From sequence record LC727701.1: a stretch of DNA of 64,000 bases. The stretch is one strand, 5' to 3'. The translations under genes were made by a program, and so were the position numbers. The notes under the pieces are model-generated. The model made no database searches, was not told where the DNA came from, and worked only from the letters and a program-made list of their open reading frames with translations. How positions within the stretch are numbered: position 1 is the stretch's first letter; each line of letters begins with the position of its first letter. Below, in pieces: positions 7,074 through 24,523 of this stretch.

Positions 7074-8112
7074 GCCTACTATCGATCACCCGTATGATAA
7101 GAAATCGGGAACTGCATACACTAAGGGTGATCCATACGCTAATTGGAATCTCCCTGTCTCACGTTTTGTTGAGTATCGGAATGAATCATTTCATCGTATT
7201 ACTGTAGTTGATTCGTCTGGTCACGCTATCAATATTGGGACATCCCGTAAGTATGTAATGTCTAATAGACTGGTAGTTAAGGTCATTTACCGATGGAGTG
7301 GTGATGATAGTTTTAACTATGAAGTTATGGCTAAATCTATTCCAGGTTTTACACCTGAGGAAATGTTAGAATATATTCAGTCATTTAGTCGACAGACATT
7401 CGATCAGTTTAATAACCAGTTATCTGAGATTACTATTTGGTATTCAATTGACTTATCAAAACTAGTAGATCAGTATCATGGTGGTTGGATTCAGAGTTTA
7501 GGTATCCAAGTATTTAAAACTGAGTATAGTCAGTATTTTGAATTTTATCCAAATAGAAATATTAGTCCTCCTGGTTATAGCGGACTTAGTCCAGAAGAAG
7601 AAGCACTTTCTAATCAAGTATGGAATGAAACATATTCTTTAACGTATAATACTGACATCAATAAACCAGATAAATTGTTTTATGTAATGGCTGGCAGAAT
7701 TATGGCCATTGAGTCAATCTATAATCCATCATTAGATCCTGGTCTTATTGTTAATATCCGTGGTAAGCATGGATGTATTAGTCATAATGGCGAAAAGAGA
7801 TATGTAATACCTCCTGAACAGTTCCATGAAAATGGTTTCTTTAGAACACATGAAGAAGCTGCTGCAATGGTTGGAATTAAAGATAAGAAAGTTATTGAAC
7901 GTCTTAAGACTGCGCTCTTAACAGCGGCTGATATTAAGGAAAGGGAAGCCCAGGAAAAAGCAGCTGGTACGTTTGATAAAGAATTCAAACCAAAAGATGT
8001 TGTATTGATTCATGGTCTAAAATGGGGTGATCTAAACTCCATTGCCTCTGATCTAGTATCATCCATTAAAATTGTAGGTTCACTGATGGATTTAATTTTG
8101 CCAAAAGTTTAG
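7030..8112 (+). CDS. Hypothetical protein, 360 aa (gp122-like)
   Basis: Long ORF in an operon with the nvRNAP subunit gene. Confidence 0.8.
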   Translation: MVTLKIAGLTQVSVKPTIDHPYDKKSGTAYTKGDPYANWNLPVSRFVEYRNESFHRITVVDSSGHAINIGTSRKYVMSNRLVVKVIYRWSGDDSFNYEVMAKSIPGFTPEEMLEYIQSFSRQTFDQFNNQLSEITIWYSIDLSKLVDQYHGGWIQSLGIQVFKTEYSQYFEFYPNRNISPPGYSGLSPEEEALSNQVWNETYSLTYNTDINKPDKLFYVMAGRIMAIESIYNPSLDPGLIVNIRGKHGCISHNGEKRYVIPPEQFHENGFFRTHEEAAAMVGIKDKKVIERLKTALLTAADIKEREAQEKAAGTFDKEFKPKDVVLIHGLKWGDLNSIASDLVSSIKIVGSLMDLILPKV

Positions 8113-8121
8113 GAGTTTATA

Positions 8122-9753
8122 ATGCCGGATCCATTTCTAATTGAAAAGATTCGTGAAAATACGCCTTGCATGAATCCAACACTAGCAAATGGTATCACAG
8201 TCGAACACACCATGACTCGTGATCCAAATACTGGTGTTAATATGACCAGGCGTTATATTGATTCTTTATTTGATATCAGTTCAGTTCTATTTCCCGATGG
8301 CTTCAAATATGAAGGCAATCGTGCATGTACACCGCTTAAGCATTTTGAAGAGATTACTCGGGAATATAATGCTAAGCGTATTGCCAATATTGCTCCAACT
8401 GACATGTACATGATTGACCTAATGTTTAGTTATAAAGGGGAAATGCTTTATCCTCGTCCAATGTTGTTACCAGCTTTTAAGAGAGGCAATATGGTAACTA
8501 TCAATGGTGCGAAATATATCGGTTCACCAGTATTAACTGATGTTGGGTTCTCTGTACTTAATGATAGCATCTTCATCCCGTTTCGTCGTACTAAGCTAAC
8601 CTTTAAACAAACTGACCACCATTACATGTGCAATGGTCAGCGTAAAATCATGTATGTGATCTGGTCACAGATTCACAATGAAATGGCTAAGCGTACTAAA
8701 CGAGATCTGGATAATCGACCACACATTGAGTCATGTTTAGCTCATTATTTCTTCTGTCAGTTTGGAGTAACTCAAACTTTCAAACAATGGGCTAATGTAG
8801 ATGTTAAATGTGGGCTACTGTCTGATTTTCCTGAAGAAGAATATCCACGTGAAAAGTGGAATATTTATTCCAGTGCAACGTTAAAAGGTAAACATCCCAC
8901 CGGTGAAATGGTTCTTGTTATGCCTCGCCATCAAGAATCTATTTTTGCCACACGACTTATCGCTGGTTTCTGGTATGTGGTCGATGCATTTCCAATGCGG
9001 TTTACTCGACCTGAATATGTAGATAGTACCAACTTATGGCGTGTTATCCTAGGTCACATGGTGTTTGGTGATTTTGAGCACCAAGGTAAAGTAGAGGAAA
9101 ACATTGATTCACACCTGCACAGTTTCTGTAATTCACTAGACGAAATGACTATTGAAGAACTTAAAACAGTTGGTGTCAATGTAAGTACTATTTGGGAACT
9201 TCTTTACGAGATCATGACTAGTTTGGCTCATCATCTATATGCTACCGATATTGATGAAACTAGTATGTATGGTAAAAGGTTAACAGTACTACATTACCTG
9301 ATGTCAGAGTTTAACTATGCTGTAAGTATGTTTGGCTATATGTTCCAGTCTAGGCGTGATCGTGAATGGACTGTGCAAGAGCTAAATGAAGGTTTAAAAC
9401 GTTCCTTTAAACTACAGACAGCTATTAAACGATTAACAGTGGATCATGGTGAACTCGATACAATGAGTAATCCAAACTCCAGTATGTTGATTAAAGGGAC
9501 ATCTATCCTAGTTACACAGGATCGAGCTAAAACAGCTAAGGCGCATAATAAGTCTCTAATCAATGACTCATCTAGGATTATTCACGCATCTATTGCTGAG
9601 GTAGGTCAATATAAAAATCAACCTAAGAATAACCCGGATGGTCGAGGTAGGCTTAATATGTATACTAAAGTTGGTCCAACTGGACTAGTTGAACGTCGTG
9701 AAGAAGTACGTGAAATAATTGACAATGCTCAGTTAATGTTCCGTGCAAAATAA
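8122..9753 (+). CDS. Non-virion RNA polymerase beta-like subunit, N-terminal part (phiKZ gp123-like)
   Basis: 543 aa; GNMVTINGAKY region and C-terminal HASIAEVGQYKNQPKNNPDGRGRLN resemble RpoB segments; AGGAG SD; synteny. Confidence 0.88.
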   Translation: MPDPFLIEKIRENTPCMNPTLANGITVEHTMTRDPNTGVNMTRRYIDSLFDISSVLFPDGFKYEGNRACTPLKHFEEITREYNAKRIANIAPTDMYMIDLMFSYKGEMLYPRPMLLPAFKRGNMVTINGAKYIGSPVLTDVGFSVLNDSIFIPFRRTKLTFKQTDHHYMCNGQRKIMYVIWSQIHNEMAKRTKRDLDNRPHIESCLAHYFFCQFGVTQTFKQWANVDVKCGLLSDFPEEEYPREKWNIYSSATLKGKHPTGEMVLVMPRHQESIFATRLIAGFWYVVDAFPMRFTRPEYVDSTNLWRVILGHMVFGDFEHQGKVEENIDSHLHSFCNSLDEMTIEELKTVGVNVSTIWELLYEIMTSLAHHLYATDIDETSMYGKRLTVLHYLMSEFNYAVSMFGYMFQSRRDREWTVQELNEGLKRSFKLQTAIKRLTVDHGELDTMSNPNSSMLIKGTSILVTQDRAKTAKAHNKSLINDSSRIIHASIAEVGQYKNQPKNNPDGRGRLNMYTKVGPTGLVERREEVREIIDNAQLMFRAK

Positions 9754-9788
9754 ATTAAATCTTTAACTACTTAATAGGTATTATTCAC

Positions 9789-11954
9789 ATGAACTATGCA
9801 CAGTACAATCTACCTGTCGATTTTGAGAGTGTAGATACCAGTACTTTCGATCCTAACCTACCTAATGGGAATTATCTGTTTAGCCTACCGCTACAGTTAT
9901 CACCACATCAACAACATCCTCAACTACAACCATATTTCAATGGTGTAATTGGGCTGTTCCGGCTGAATGCTCAAAATGCTGCTACTACCACCCAGCTTCA
10001 TGCATTTGCGTATAATCTGCTATCTAGTAATGGTTTTCAGAATAACTATTATCAGCAGTGGGCTCAGAAAGTTATTGACTTTCTAGAGTTTCTATTTATT
10101 CATCGTCAAATGGTGAATAACCCACAGCAGGCAATGCAGCAAGCTGCATCTCTAGTATGGTCTGGTTTTGTTGGTAAATGTGCTCAAACCTTCCCGCAGC
10201 TACAAAGTCTAGTTCAACATCTAATGCCGAATATCCAACAGGCACTTGGTGTAATCGGGCAGATTGAATCAGATATCCAAAAGATGCGTATGGGTGGTAA
10301 CACCATGATGCAGGGTGGATATCAACAACCTGGTGTACAGCCTGGAAGTTTCCCTGGGATGGGTGCAGCAATGGGTCGTCCTGGCATGAGTTCACAACTA
10401 CCTCCAATTAACGCAGGTATCCAACAGACCTATGGTCAACCGGCTACCATGGCTAATCCGCAGCTGAACATTCCAGGGGCATATACACCAACAACTAATC
10501 ATGACACTGGTCCATCAATTGCAAATGCTGCATATGACGTACCTGGTTCTTCTCCTTTCCTGGAAAACAAACCAGTCATGCAACCTAAAGACTCTTGGGG
10601 TGCCACTGTTGAAGTATCTCCAAATAGTAGTTATGATACAATCCCTGGTGGAGGTGATGTAATGATTCTACCTGAACTACAACAAAATGCAAATACTGTA
10701 ACTAATGATAATACGGATCTACCCATCCCTCAAGATGTGAAAGAACTCGTATTCGATCCGAACTATTATGTACCCAATGGATTTGTAATTAATAAAGATC
10801 GTCCGATGGATGTTATCTATAATCCAGGTGGCATTGAAATCCGACCTGCTCATCTAGTTGCAGATAAACCTGATTGGGTACGTACTGCTAGTTCAGCTAA
10901 TCCATACAGCATCCTAATGGATCCGGCAGTATATTGTCGCTTCCTTGCTAAATGGCCTGATAACACTGTACATGAAGTATATCGTAAGTGGGAGAATCAC
11001 ATGGAAATGGATTATCTAAAGCATGAGCTTCAAGATGATCTCCGTCGTCAAGCACATCGTGGTGGTGGTGCGCGTACTGCAACCAGTTATAAGCTATCTA
11101 CCATTATGGGTGATGCCAAACCGGTTAAAGAAGTAGCCGAAGAGTTTTCACCAAATGATGCTGGGTTAACTGATAATCGTGAACATGATCCAGTTATCCT
11201 AGAAGGTTATATTGCTTGTGCAAATAATCTTGAAGCAGAAGCTGGTGCACTCAATGCAGTTCGTGAAGCACTTGAGCTAAGCGAAGATGATGTAGTTCCA
11301 GCACATGAGTATCGCGCAGCATCATCCCATCCATTTGATGCTTCAACTGAAGTCATGTATGAGATCGAGGATATTCGAAAAGAACCCGATCCGCATCTAA
11401 TTGCAAAGCGCCTTAAGCAACTAATGCTAGATGGTAAGCTGGCTCAACGCTACTATCGGTTCCTAGTTGAAAGGCTCACCAGTGCAGTTAATGAGTTCCT
11501 GGCTGATTCAATGAGTCAGAAGGTAACCATTGATGACTTCTGTGAAGATATCGGTGACCTTATCGCATATCTGATCGGTAAGAAGGGTAAGTCAGTAGCT
11601 GATAAATTTACCGCTAGTATTCCGTTTATTGTTGGACGGAGTATGTGTGTTAATATTGATCCAGAAGAAGGTAATTCTATTCTAGATCTATCAGTGCGTT
11701 TCCAAACTGGCTGGCGCCTTGAGGAACTATCCTGCCTAAATATTTATACCGAGAAAGCAGTGCTTATCAGTAAACTTACTGAACCTAAGATTACTCAAGT
11801 AATCATGGGAATGGCAAAGCGTCTAAATAGCTCTAAAGATTCAGATGATGCACGTACCCACAAAATGTACATTATCACTGCTGATGGATCTTATCTACAA
11901 GTTATTCGTGGCGCTCTTGTTGATAATGCTGTTCTACTTAAGCTTATCAAATAA
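9789..11954 (+). CDS. Hypothetical protein, 721 aa, with Q/G/P/M-rich linker (gp124-like)
   Basis: Long ORF followed by a terminator. Confidence 0.85.
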   Translation: MNYAQYNLPVDFESVDTSTFDPNLPNGNYLFSLPLQLSPHQQHPQLQPYFNGVIGLFRLNAQNAATTTQLHAFAYNLLSSNGFQNNYYQQWAQKVIDFLEFLFIHRQMVNNPQQAMQQAASLVWSGFVGKCAQTFPQLQSLVQHLMPNIQQALGVIGQIESDIQKMRMGGNTMMQGGYQQPGVQPGSFPGMGAAMGRPGMSSQLPPINAGIQQTYGQPATMANPQLNIPGAYTPTTNHDTGPSIANAAYDVPGSSPFLENKPVMQPKDSWGATVEVSPNSSYDTIPGGGDVMILPELQQNANTVTNDNTDLPIPQDVKELVFDPNYYVPNGFVINKDRPMDVIYNPGGIEIRPAHLVADKPDWVRTASSANPYSILMDPAVYCRFLAKWPDNTVHEVYRKWENHMEMDYLKHELQDDLRRQAHRGGGARTATSYKLSTIMGDAKPVKEVAEEFSPNDAGLTDNREHDPVILEGYIACANNLEAEAGALNAVREALELSEDDVVPAHEYRAASSHPFDASTEVMYEIEDIRKEPDPHLIAKRLKQLMLDGKLAQRYYRFLVERLTSAVNEFLADSMSQKVTIDDFCEDIGDLIAYLIGKKGKSVADKFTASIPFIVGRSMCVNIDPEEGNSILDLSVRFQTGWRLEELSCLNIYTEKAVLISKLTEPKITQVIMGMAKRLNSSKDSDDARTHKMYIITADGSYLQVIRGALVDNAVLLKLIK

Positions 11955-11961
11955 GCATGAA

Positions 11962-11981
11962 AGCCCCTCTTCGGAGGGGCT
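11962..11981 (+). terminator. Intrinsic terminator
   Basis: AGCCCCTC-TTCG-GAGGGGCT followed by TATTT. Confidence 0.85.
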
Positions 11982-12034
11982 TATTTATGAGTAATGTATA
12001 GTTTAATCAAATATTGTAAAAAAGGAGTAATACA

Positions 12035-12667
12035 ATGCTAGCTAAAATGAATAAATTCTTTAAAGAATTACTAAACAAAAATACGGTGAATATGGCAGGA
12101 CTATTCGATGATGTGGTATTGATGAATAGTTATAGTAACTATAAACCAGATTTTAATGACACTGTAGAAGTAAATACAAAATGTGATCTACCGGCAAATG
12201 GTAAAGTTCTAGTTCTATATGTCGTTCAAGATACAATGGATATGTATATTTGGGATGGCCAACAATATCTTTCTTATAATCCATATTCCACTGAGCAATT
12301 AGCACCAATGATTGATGACCCATCAGCATTTATTCCATCAACCAAAGCTAATACTTCTCTAAAAGTAACTTATGGTATCTGGGCGCTTAAGAAAGATCTA
12401 GAAACTATCCAGAAGTATTCAATTGGAATGCACACTCTTCTTGATAAACATTCACTAGCACGAGTTAATGATAAGAATCCTATTAATAAGGTATTCTTCG
12501 AAACATGTCATAAAGCCCTATATACTGCACTTCGTGAATCATACAAAAACAATATGGTTAAACCACAAATCGCAGATGCAGTTACCAAGGAAGGATGTTG
12601 GTTTGGACGAGATCATCGATCTAATAAACTGTCATTTAAATGCGGTGAATTTAAGGTTGAATGGTAA
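12035..12667 (+). CDS. Hypothetical protein, 210 aa (gp125-like)
   Basis: AAGGAG SD; clean ORF. Confidence 0.8.
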   Translation: MLAKMNKFFKELLNKNTVNMAGLFDDVVLMNSYSNYKPDFNDTVEVNTKCDLPANGKVLVLYVVQDTMDMYIWDGQQYLSYNPYSTEQLAPMIDDPSAFIPSTKANTSLKVTYGIWALKKDLETIQKYSIGMHTLLDKHSLARVNDKNPINKVFFETCHKALYTALRESYKNNMVKPQIADAVTKEGCWFGRDHRSNKLSFKCGEFKVEW

Positions 12668-12687
12668 TAATTAAGTAATGGCATAAA

Positions 12688-12709
12688 CCCCTCTCCGCAT
12701 GGAGAGGGG
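12688..12709. terminator. Bidirectional terminator between convergent genes
   Basis: CCCCTCTCC-GCAT-GGAGAGGGG. Confidence 0.8.
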
Positions 12710-12731
12710 CTATGTCTTTATTTTTTTTTAT

Positions 12732-13175
12732 TTAACTACTTTCAAATTCAAGAGTTACTGGTATTGTTGGTATCCACGACAAGTTATTAAAGTATGGATG
12801 TATCGTAACCGTATTCCCAGTAATAGGTTGCGGTTGTATCTCATCTATAATAAATGGAATACCGTAAACATCTCTTAATTTTTCAGCTACTTCTAAATTA
12901 TCAGTATAGTCAGTTGGTTTACCCGGTACTTTTATACCAAGACAGTACTCTGGTAAAGAGCGTCTATTAAAGTAAATAACTGTCTCACCTTTAAAATAAA
13001 GTGAACTGGTCTTCGCTCTCATTGTTGTTTTGGCATTTGTACCAGTTGCTAAGAATGTATCAGTCCCTATAAATTCAACATCATCAACAGTTAAATCCCT
13101 AGGCTTACCATTATTATCTTTAGGTTTATTAGCCACATTCCAAGCAGCTACTAATTCAGCTCTTGTATCAGCCAT
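12732..13175 (-). CDS. Putative virion structural protein (gp126-like)
   Basis: 147 aa; GETVIYFNRRSL motif resembles the proteins at 13184, 31600 and 48375. Confidence 0.7.
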   Translation of the reverse strand: MADTRAELVAAWNVANKPKDNNGKPRDLTVDDVEFIGTDTFLATGTNAKTTMRAKTSSLYFKGETVIYFNRRSLPEYCLGIKVPGKPTDYTDNLEVAEKLRDVYGIPFIIDEIQPQPITGNTVTIHPYFNNLSWIPTIPVTLEFESS

Positions 13176-13183
13176 TACACACC

Positions 13184-14059
<876 letters not shown>

Positions 14060-14066
14060 TCGCTCC

Positions 14067-16247
<2,181 letters not shown>

Positions 16248-16267
16248 TTACTCACTTTAAAATTTAG

Positions 16268-18961
<2,694 letters not shown>

Positions 18962-18978
18962 TTTCTAAACAACATAAT

Positions 18979-18999
18979 GCCCTCCCGTAATGGGAGGGC
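18979..18999. terminator. Bidirectional terminator
   Basis: GCCCTCCC-GTAAT-GGGAGGGC between convergent genes. Confidence 0.8.
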
Positions 19000-19007
19000 T
19001 TATGACG

Positions 19008-20291
<1,284 letters not shown>

Positions 20292-20388
20292 CTATTAGTC
20301 TCCATGGAATGATTGGACAATCCTATGTGAATTTCACATCATTACGCTAACAAATTGCGCAATAGCGTTTTATTAAAGGAGGGCAACC

Positions 20389-22704
20389 ATGGCCCACGGT
20401 GAAACTGGGTTATATCCATTCGACCCCAATGGAACAAATCCCCAGAACTTTATTAAAGGTGAGCGCCAAACTCTCCAGGTACCAGATGGTGATGATTATT
20501 ATTTCATTATACCATTTGCTGCACCTTTCTTTGTAGATTCATTACGACTATTTAACCCACTGACCAATCAGACTTATGTAGAAGGTGTTGATTACCTTAT
20601 TGGGCATTGGTTTATTGAAGCTATGGAATCGATAGGTAGACCTATCGCTGGATCTATACGTATCATGAAGCGTTCGATAAACGCTATGATTGGTATGGAT
20701 TATCGTACAATAGGTGGGCAATGGGGATTTAGTAATCAACAGATCCTGGCTGAGCTTGCACGCAAACAGTATAACCCCTTGATTCGGTCATGGGGTGCAA
20801 TTGGTCCATTACCTGCTTCTTTCCCACCTTTAGAACACAATCAACCTATTGATTCATTAGTAGGTAGTAAAGAGATTCTTGAAGGTATCGAAGGTATTAT
20901 AGAAGCTATCCGTGCTGCGGCTGCCGGTACAACTGACCAACATATTCGTGATTATAACAACCCACACAGGGTAACTAAAGCACAAGTTGGCTTGGCACTA
21001 GTTCCAAACTATGCGATGGCAACTGATCAACAGCATTTAGATGCTAATCGTAATGATCTATTTACGAACCCACGTGGTACATTAGCATTAGTCAATAAGT
21101 TTGCCGTAAATCCACTTAATGCTCACATAGCGGCTAGGGGTAATGTACACGGTCTAACAGCAGCTGATATTAATTTAGGTAATGTTCCTAACTATCCAGC
21201 TGCAACACCAACCACCGCAGTAGATGTAACTAATGATTCGGTATTATTAACACCTTATACTGCATCTATTCTCTATAGTCAGATTGGTGATGCTTCTAGA
21301 ATTAATGAACTAGAAGAGAAACTTAACCAACATATTAGTAATGAAAATAACCCACACGTTGTAACTGCCGACCAGGTTAATGCATATACTAAAACACAAG
21401 TTGATCAACTACTGGCAGGACTAGGTGGTGGCGATGCTTCTACCTTTGGTGGATTAACACCTGAGCAATGGAAAGATGAATTCCCATCATTCGGTGATAT
21501 TGAAAGGATGGCAGCCGGCTATAACGCTAACTGGGATGATGCACAATTAAAGATAGATACATTGCCAGTTATTGTAGATGATACCAGTGAATATGACCGA
21601 ATGGAATTAATTCAAGGTGTCATGGCAGGTTTCCATGCTTATGCTGGATTTAATAGTTGGTGGGATTGTACAATTGTCAGAGATGACCATATAGTTCATC
21701 CTAAATCGCCAGCTAACCCTTATGTAGTTATGCCAGAGCGCTTAGGCTATGCTCAGGAATCTTGGGTATCTCACCGATATGGTCAGTATTGGGTAGAAAA
21801 TGGTGTAGCCAAGTCAGCATGTATCGATGAAACTAAAGTCGATGAGATGATACCAATTCCAGTAGAATGGACTGCACCTATAGATGGGAATATCCCTTCA
21901 AGTATCTGGGCAAATAAAACATCTCTGTATATGTTAACAGGTAAGTTTATCTTTAGTTCAACAGGTGAATCAGCTATCTTTGAGCACCAAGATCTTTATC
22001 GCTGTGTTAAAGGTGGTACATCTGAACTATTAGTACCTGCTGCTAATAAACCATGGGCTTTATTTACCAATACTGAAGATACCTATCCTGGTGAAATGAC
22101 AGTTGTTGTAAACATAGGTCCAGCTAGCAGTGCTGACTATGTATATACAGCTTATGGTATCCCAAGCTTCGTTAGTGCTTTTAATGATTTTGTTAACAAC
22201 ACAATTAAACCATTGAATCATGTTATTGATTCAATGTCAATTGGTTGCACCCACATCATCATACATTCAATAGACCCATTAGTTGCCTCTGAAGATTACA
22301 CATCTGAATCTAGTAAAGTACATGTCATGGAAATCATCCGCAATGGTAATGATACATCCTTTACGGTTATCTCGCCATTATGGTTCGATGGACGTGGTAA
22401 CGATGTAACTGCTAATGTATATAGTAACCCAATTGGTGGTGTATCAGGATTATATACACATTACACTGTGATGTATGGTGATGGCCAAATCGCTTTCTTC
22501 GGAAATAACGATAATGGACAATGTGACGTGGATGATCATGCTGGACCGTATATTCAATTGGCAGCAGGGCATAATTTCACTGTGACAGTAAATACTTTGA
22601 ATCAAGTCATGTTTTGGGGAGATTCACCTGATAACTCCTTATTATGGAATGGCAGGGGTACACGTGTGAAACATATTGAACCAACTCCACCCACTGGTCC
22701 ATAA
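20389..22704 (+). CDS. Baseplate-periphery/tail-fibre protein (gp131-like)
   Basis: 771 aa; three HxxxxxNPHxVT repeats; C-terminal RCC1-like GxNDNGQ and QLAAGHNFT segments fit the beta-propeller known for phiKZ gp131C. Confidence 0.85.
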   Translation: MAHGETGLYPFDPNGTNPQNFIKGERQTLQVPDGDDYYFIIPFAAPFFVDSLRLFNPLTNQTYVEGVDYLIGHWFIEAMESIGRPIAGSIRIMKRSINAMIGMDYRTIGGQWGFSNQQILAELARKQYNPLIRSWGAIGPLPASFPPLEHNQPIDSLVGSKEILEGIEGIIEAIRAAAAGTTDQHIRDYNNPHRVTKAQVGLALVPNYAMATDQQHLDANRNDLFTNPRGTLALVNKFAVNPLNAHIAARGNVHGLTAADINLGNVPNYPAATPTTAVDVTNDSVLLTPYTASILYSQIGDASRINELEEKLNQHISNENNPHVVTADQVNAYTKTQVDQLLAGLGGGDASTFGGLTPEQWKDEFPSFGDIERMAAGYNANWDDAQLKIDTLPVIVDDTSEYDRMELIQGVMAGFHAYAGFNSWWDCTIVRDDHIVHPKSPANPYVVMPERLGYAQESWVSHRYGQYWVENGVAKSACIDETKVDEMIPIPVEWTAPIDGNIPSSIWANKTSLYMLTGKFIFSSTGESAIFEHQDLYRCVKGGTSELLVPAANKPWALFTNTEDTYPGEMTVVVNIGPASSADYVYTAYGIPSFVSAFNDFVNNTIKPLNHVIDSMSIGCTHIIIHSIDPLVASEDYTSESSKVHVMEIIRNGNDTSFTVISPLWFDGRGNDVTANVYSNPIGGVSGLYTHYTVMYGDGQIAFFGNNDNGQCDVDDHAGPYIQLAAGHNFTVTVNTLNQVMFWGDSPDNSLLWNGRGTRVKHIEPTPPTGP

Positions 22705-22716
22705 GAGGATTTAAAA

Positions 22717-23049
22717 ATGGCAGAAGTTACACGTCAAGAGATGGATGCTCAAATAAATGCTTCTATTAGTAATCAAGGCTTATTTACTAAGGCGGTCCTT
22801 AATAAATTCATAGCCGTTATCAATAGGATCAATGGGCATATTGCAGCTAGAGGTAACCCGCATAATCTGCAACCATCTGATATTGGTCTTGGTAATGTGG
22901 CTAACTATCGTCCAGCTACTAAGAAGCGTGCACAAGAAGGTTTCAATAACACTACGTACATGACTCCTAAACGGACAGATGATTATAATCGAGTGCACAT
23001 ATACGGTCCACTTGCGAAATTATTTAATGACGCAGCAGACCGTCTATAA
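22717..23049 (+). CDS. Short tail-fibre-family protein (gp132-like)
   Basis: 110 aa; one HIAARGNPHNLQPSDIGLGNVANY repeat. Confidence 0.75.
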   Translation: MAEVTRQEMDAQINASISNQGLFTKAVLNKFIAVINRINGHIAARGNPHNLQPSDIGLGNVANYRPATKKRAQEGFNNTTYMTPKRTDDYNRVHIYGPLAKLFNDAADRL

Positions 23050-23065
23050 ACATCTGACCCGGCAT

Positions 23066-23094
23066 AAGAGACACAGCTTTTGGCTGTGTCTCTT
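23066..23094 (+). terminator. Intrinsic terminator
   Basis: AAGAGACACAGC-TTTTG-GCTGTGTCTCTT, then TTT. Confidence 0.8.
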
Positions 23095-23123
23095 TTTGCT
23101 GTTTCAGTTAAAAGGTATTTCTT

Positions 23124-24512
23124 ATGTATAATCCTATTTTACAATTACCATTTGATCCATTAGGTACAAATCCAGATTGTTTCATTGGTAGTGAACCACA
23201 TACTCTAGTTCAGTATCAAGGGTTCGACTATAGAATCATCAAATTATATCATGGTGGATTCTATACAAAAGGGTTAGAAGTTTATGATGGTAAATATAAT
23301 CGTTTAGTTAAAGATATCGATTACATTGTTACTTATTATCATAAAGATGCTAGTGCATATGTTGGTCAAGAAATATGCTCAGCAATTGTTTTCTTAAAAA
23401 CACCTAGTACACCAATAGTGTATACTTCAGCTCACATGGTTGGTGGTGACCTAGCTTTTAGTTTCACAGTTATTGATGATTATATTAACTGGTGGAAAAC
23501 AAATGGTAAACCAAAGCCAAAAGACCTTGACTACACTGGTAATGAACCATACTGGAAAGATGGTGAGTTAGTTGGTGAACGATGGCATCTTGATACATAT
23601 CAGCCTTACAATAATGAGATGGAGTGGATAACACAAGCACTCATGGCTGGCGATACAAATGGTGAAGATGAATATCGTAGTAAAGTTAAAGAGATCTATG
23701 ATGAATTCTTAAAGAAATTTAATGATAGGCTAGAAAAACATATTCAAGATAAAGCCAATCCGCACAAGATCACTCCAACTAATGTAGAACTAGGTTTAGT
23801 TAATAACTTCCCATTGGCTACTCCAGCCATTGCTCAGCTAGGTCAATCTAATGCGCATTATCTGACACCACAATTAGCATATGGTGTATTAGATGAAATA
23901 GCTATAAAACCACTTAATGCTCACATAGCTCGTCGAGATAATCCACATAAAGTCAAAAATACACATGTACAGTCATATTTGAAAAGTGATTTCGATACAC
24001 GGGTCACTGGTAAGTATTTAAAGACTGATACGGTGGCTAATACCAATATGGTTTATTATAAACCTAAAGGGCAACCTACTGCTACTTTAATGGGTTATAG
24101 CGATCTTATTTGGTGGATGCGCAAGAACTTTGATACCGATGTGAACTTTACAGCTGGTGATGGCCAGAGTAATGTCATCAATATAAATCGGATTGGTTCT
24201 GGTACAATGGGGCAATGGAAAGCACCGCTCCGTGGGAATGGTATATTTACACATTTTGATCAATTAGCCACAGAGTATTCATTTCCGGTTAAGTTAAAGT
24301 TTTATGCACTAGGATTACAACCATCCGTGCAGGCAGCATTAGATTTCTGTAGAACTAACTTTACTAATCTAGATACATGGCCTATTGGATCTACTGTATT
24401 CTTTACTATTAAAGAACAGAAAATCCAGGCAGCTGGTAACGGATTGATTTTCGTTGATTATACTCCTAACTACGTGTGTTTCCGTTCACAAGGTGGCTGG
24501 GTAATTCCATAA
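23124..24512 (+). CDS. Tail-fibre-family protein (gp133-like)
   Basis: 462 aa; N-terminal LPFDP..GSEPHTL module and NPH repeats shared with neighbouring genes. Confidence 0.8.
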   Translation: MYNPILQLPFDPLGTNPDCFIGSEPHTLVQYQGFDYRIIKLYHGGFYTKGLEVYDGKYNRLVKDIDYIVTYYHKDASAYVGQEICSAIVFLKTPSTPIVYTSAHMVGGDLAFSFTVIDDYINWWKTNGKPKPKDLDYTGNEPYWKDGELVGERWHLDTYQPYNNEMEWITQALMAGDTNGEDEYRSKVKEIYDEFLKKFNDRLEKHIQDKANPHKITPTNVELGLVNNFPLATPAIAQLGQSNAHYLTPQLAYGVLDEIAIKPLNAHIARRDNPHKVKNTHVQSYLKSDFDTRVTGKYLKTDTVANTNMVYYKPKGQPTATLMGYSDLIWWMRKNFDTDVNFTAGDGQSNVININRIGSGTMGQWKAPLRGNGIFTHFDQLATEYSFPVKLKFYALGLQPSVQAALDFCRTNFTNLDTWPIGSTVFFTIKEQKIQAAGNGLIFVDYTPNYVCFRSQGGWVIP

Positions 24513-24523
24513 GGATAGTTTAG

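Noticed and set aside
1888-9753. Inteins or introns in the helicase and RNAP subunit (also RecA at 41659-43098)
   Set aside because: The frames are uninterrupted, lengths fit the uninterrupted phiKZ counterparts as recalled, and no LAGLIDADG, HNH or splice-junction motifs were seen.
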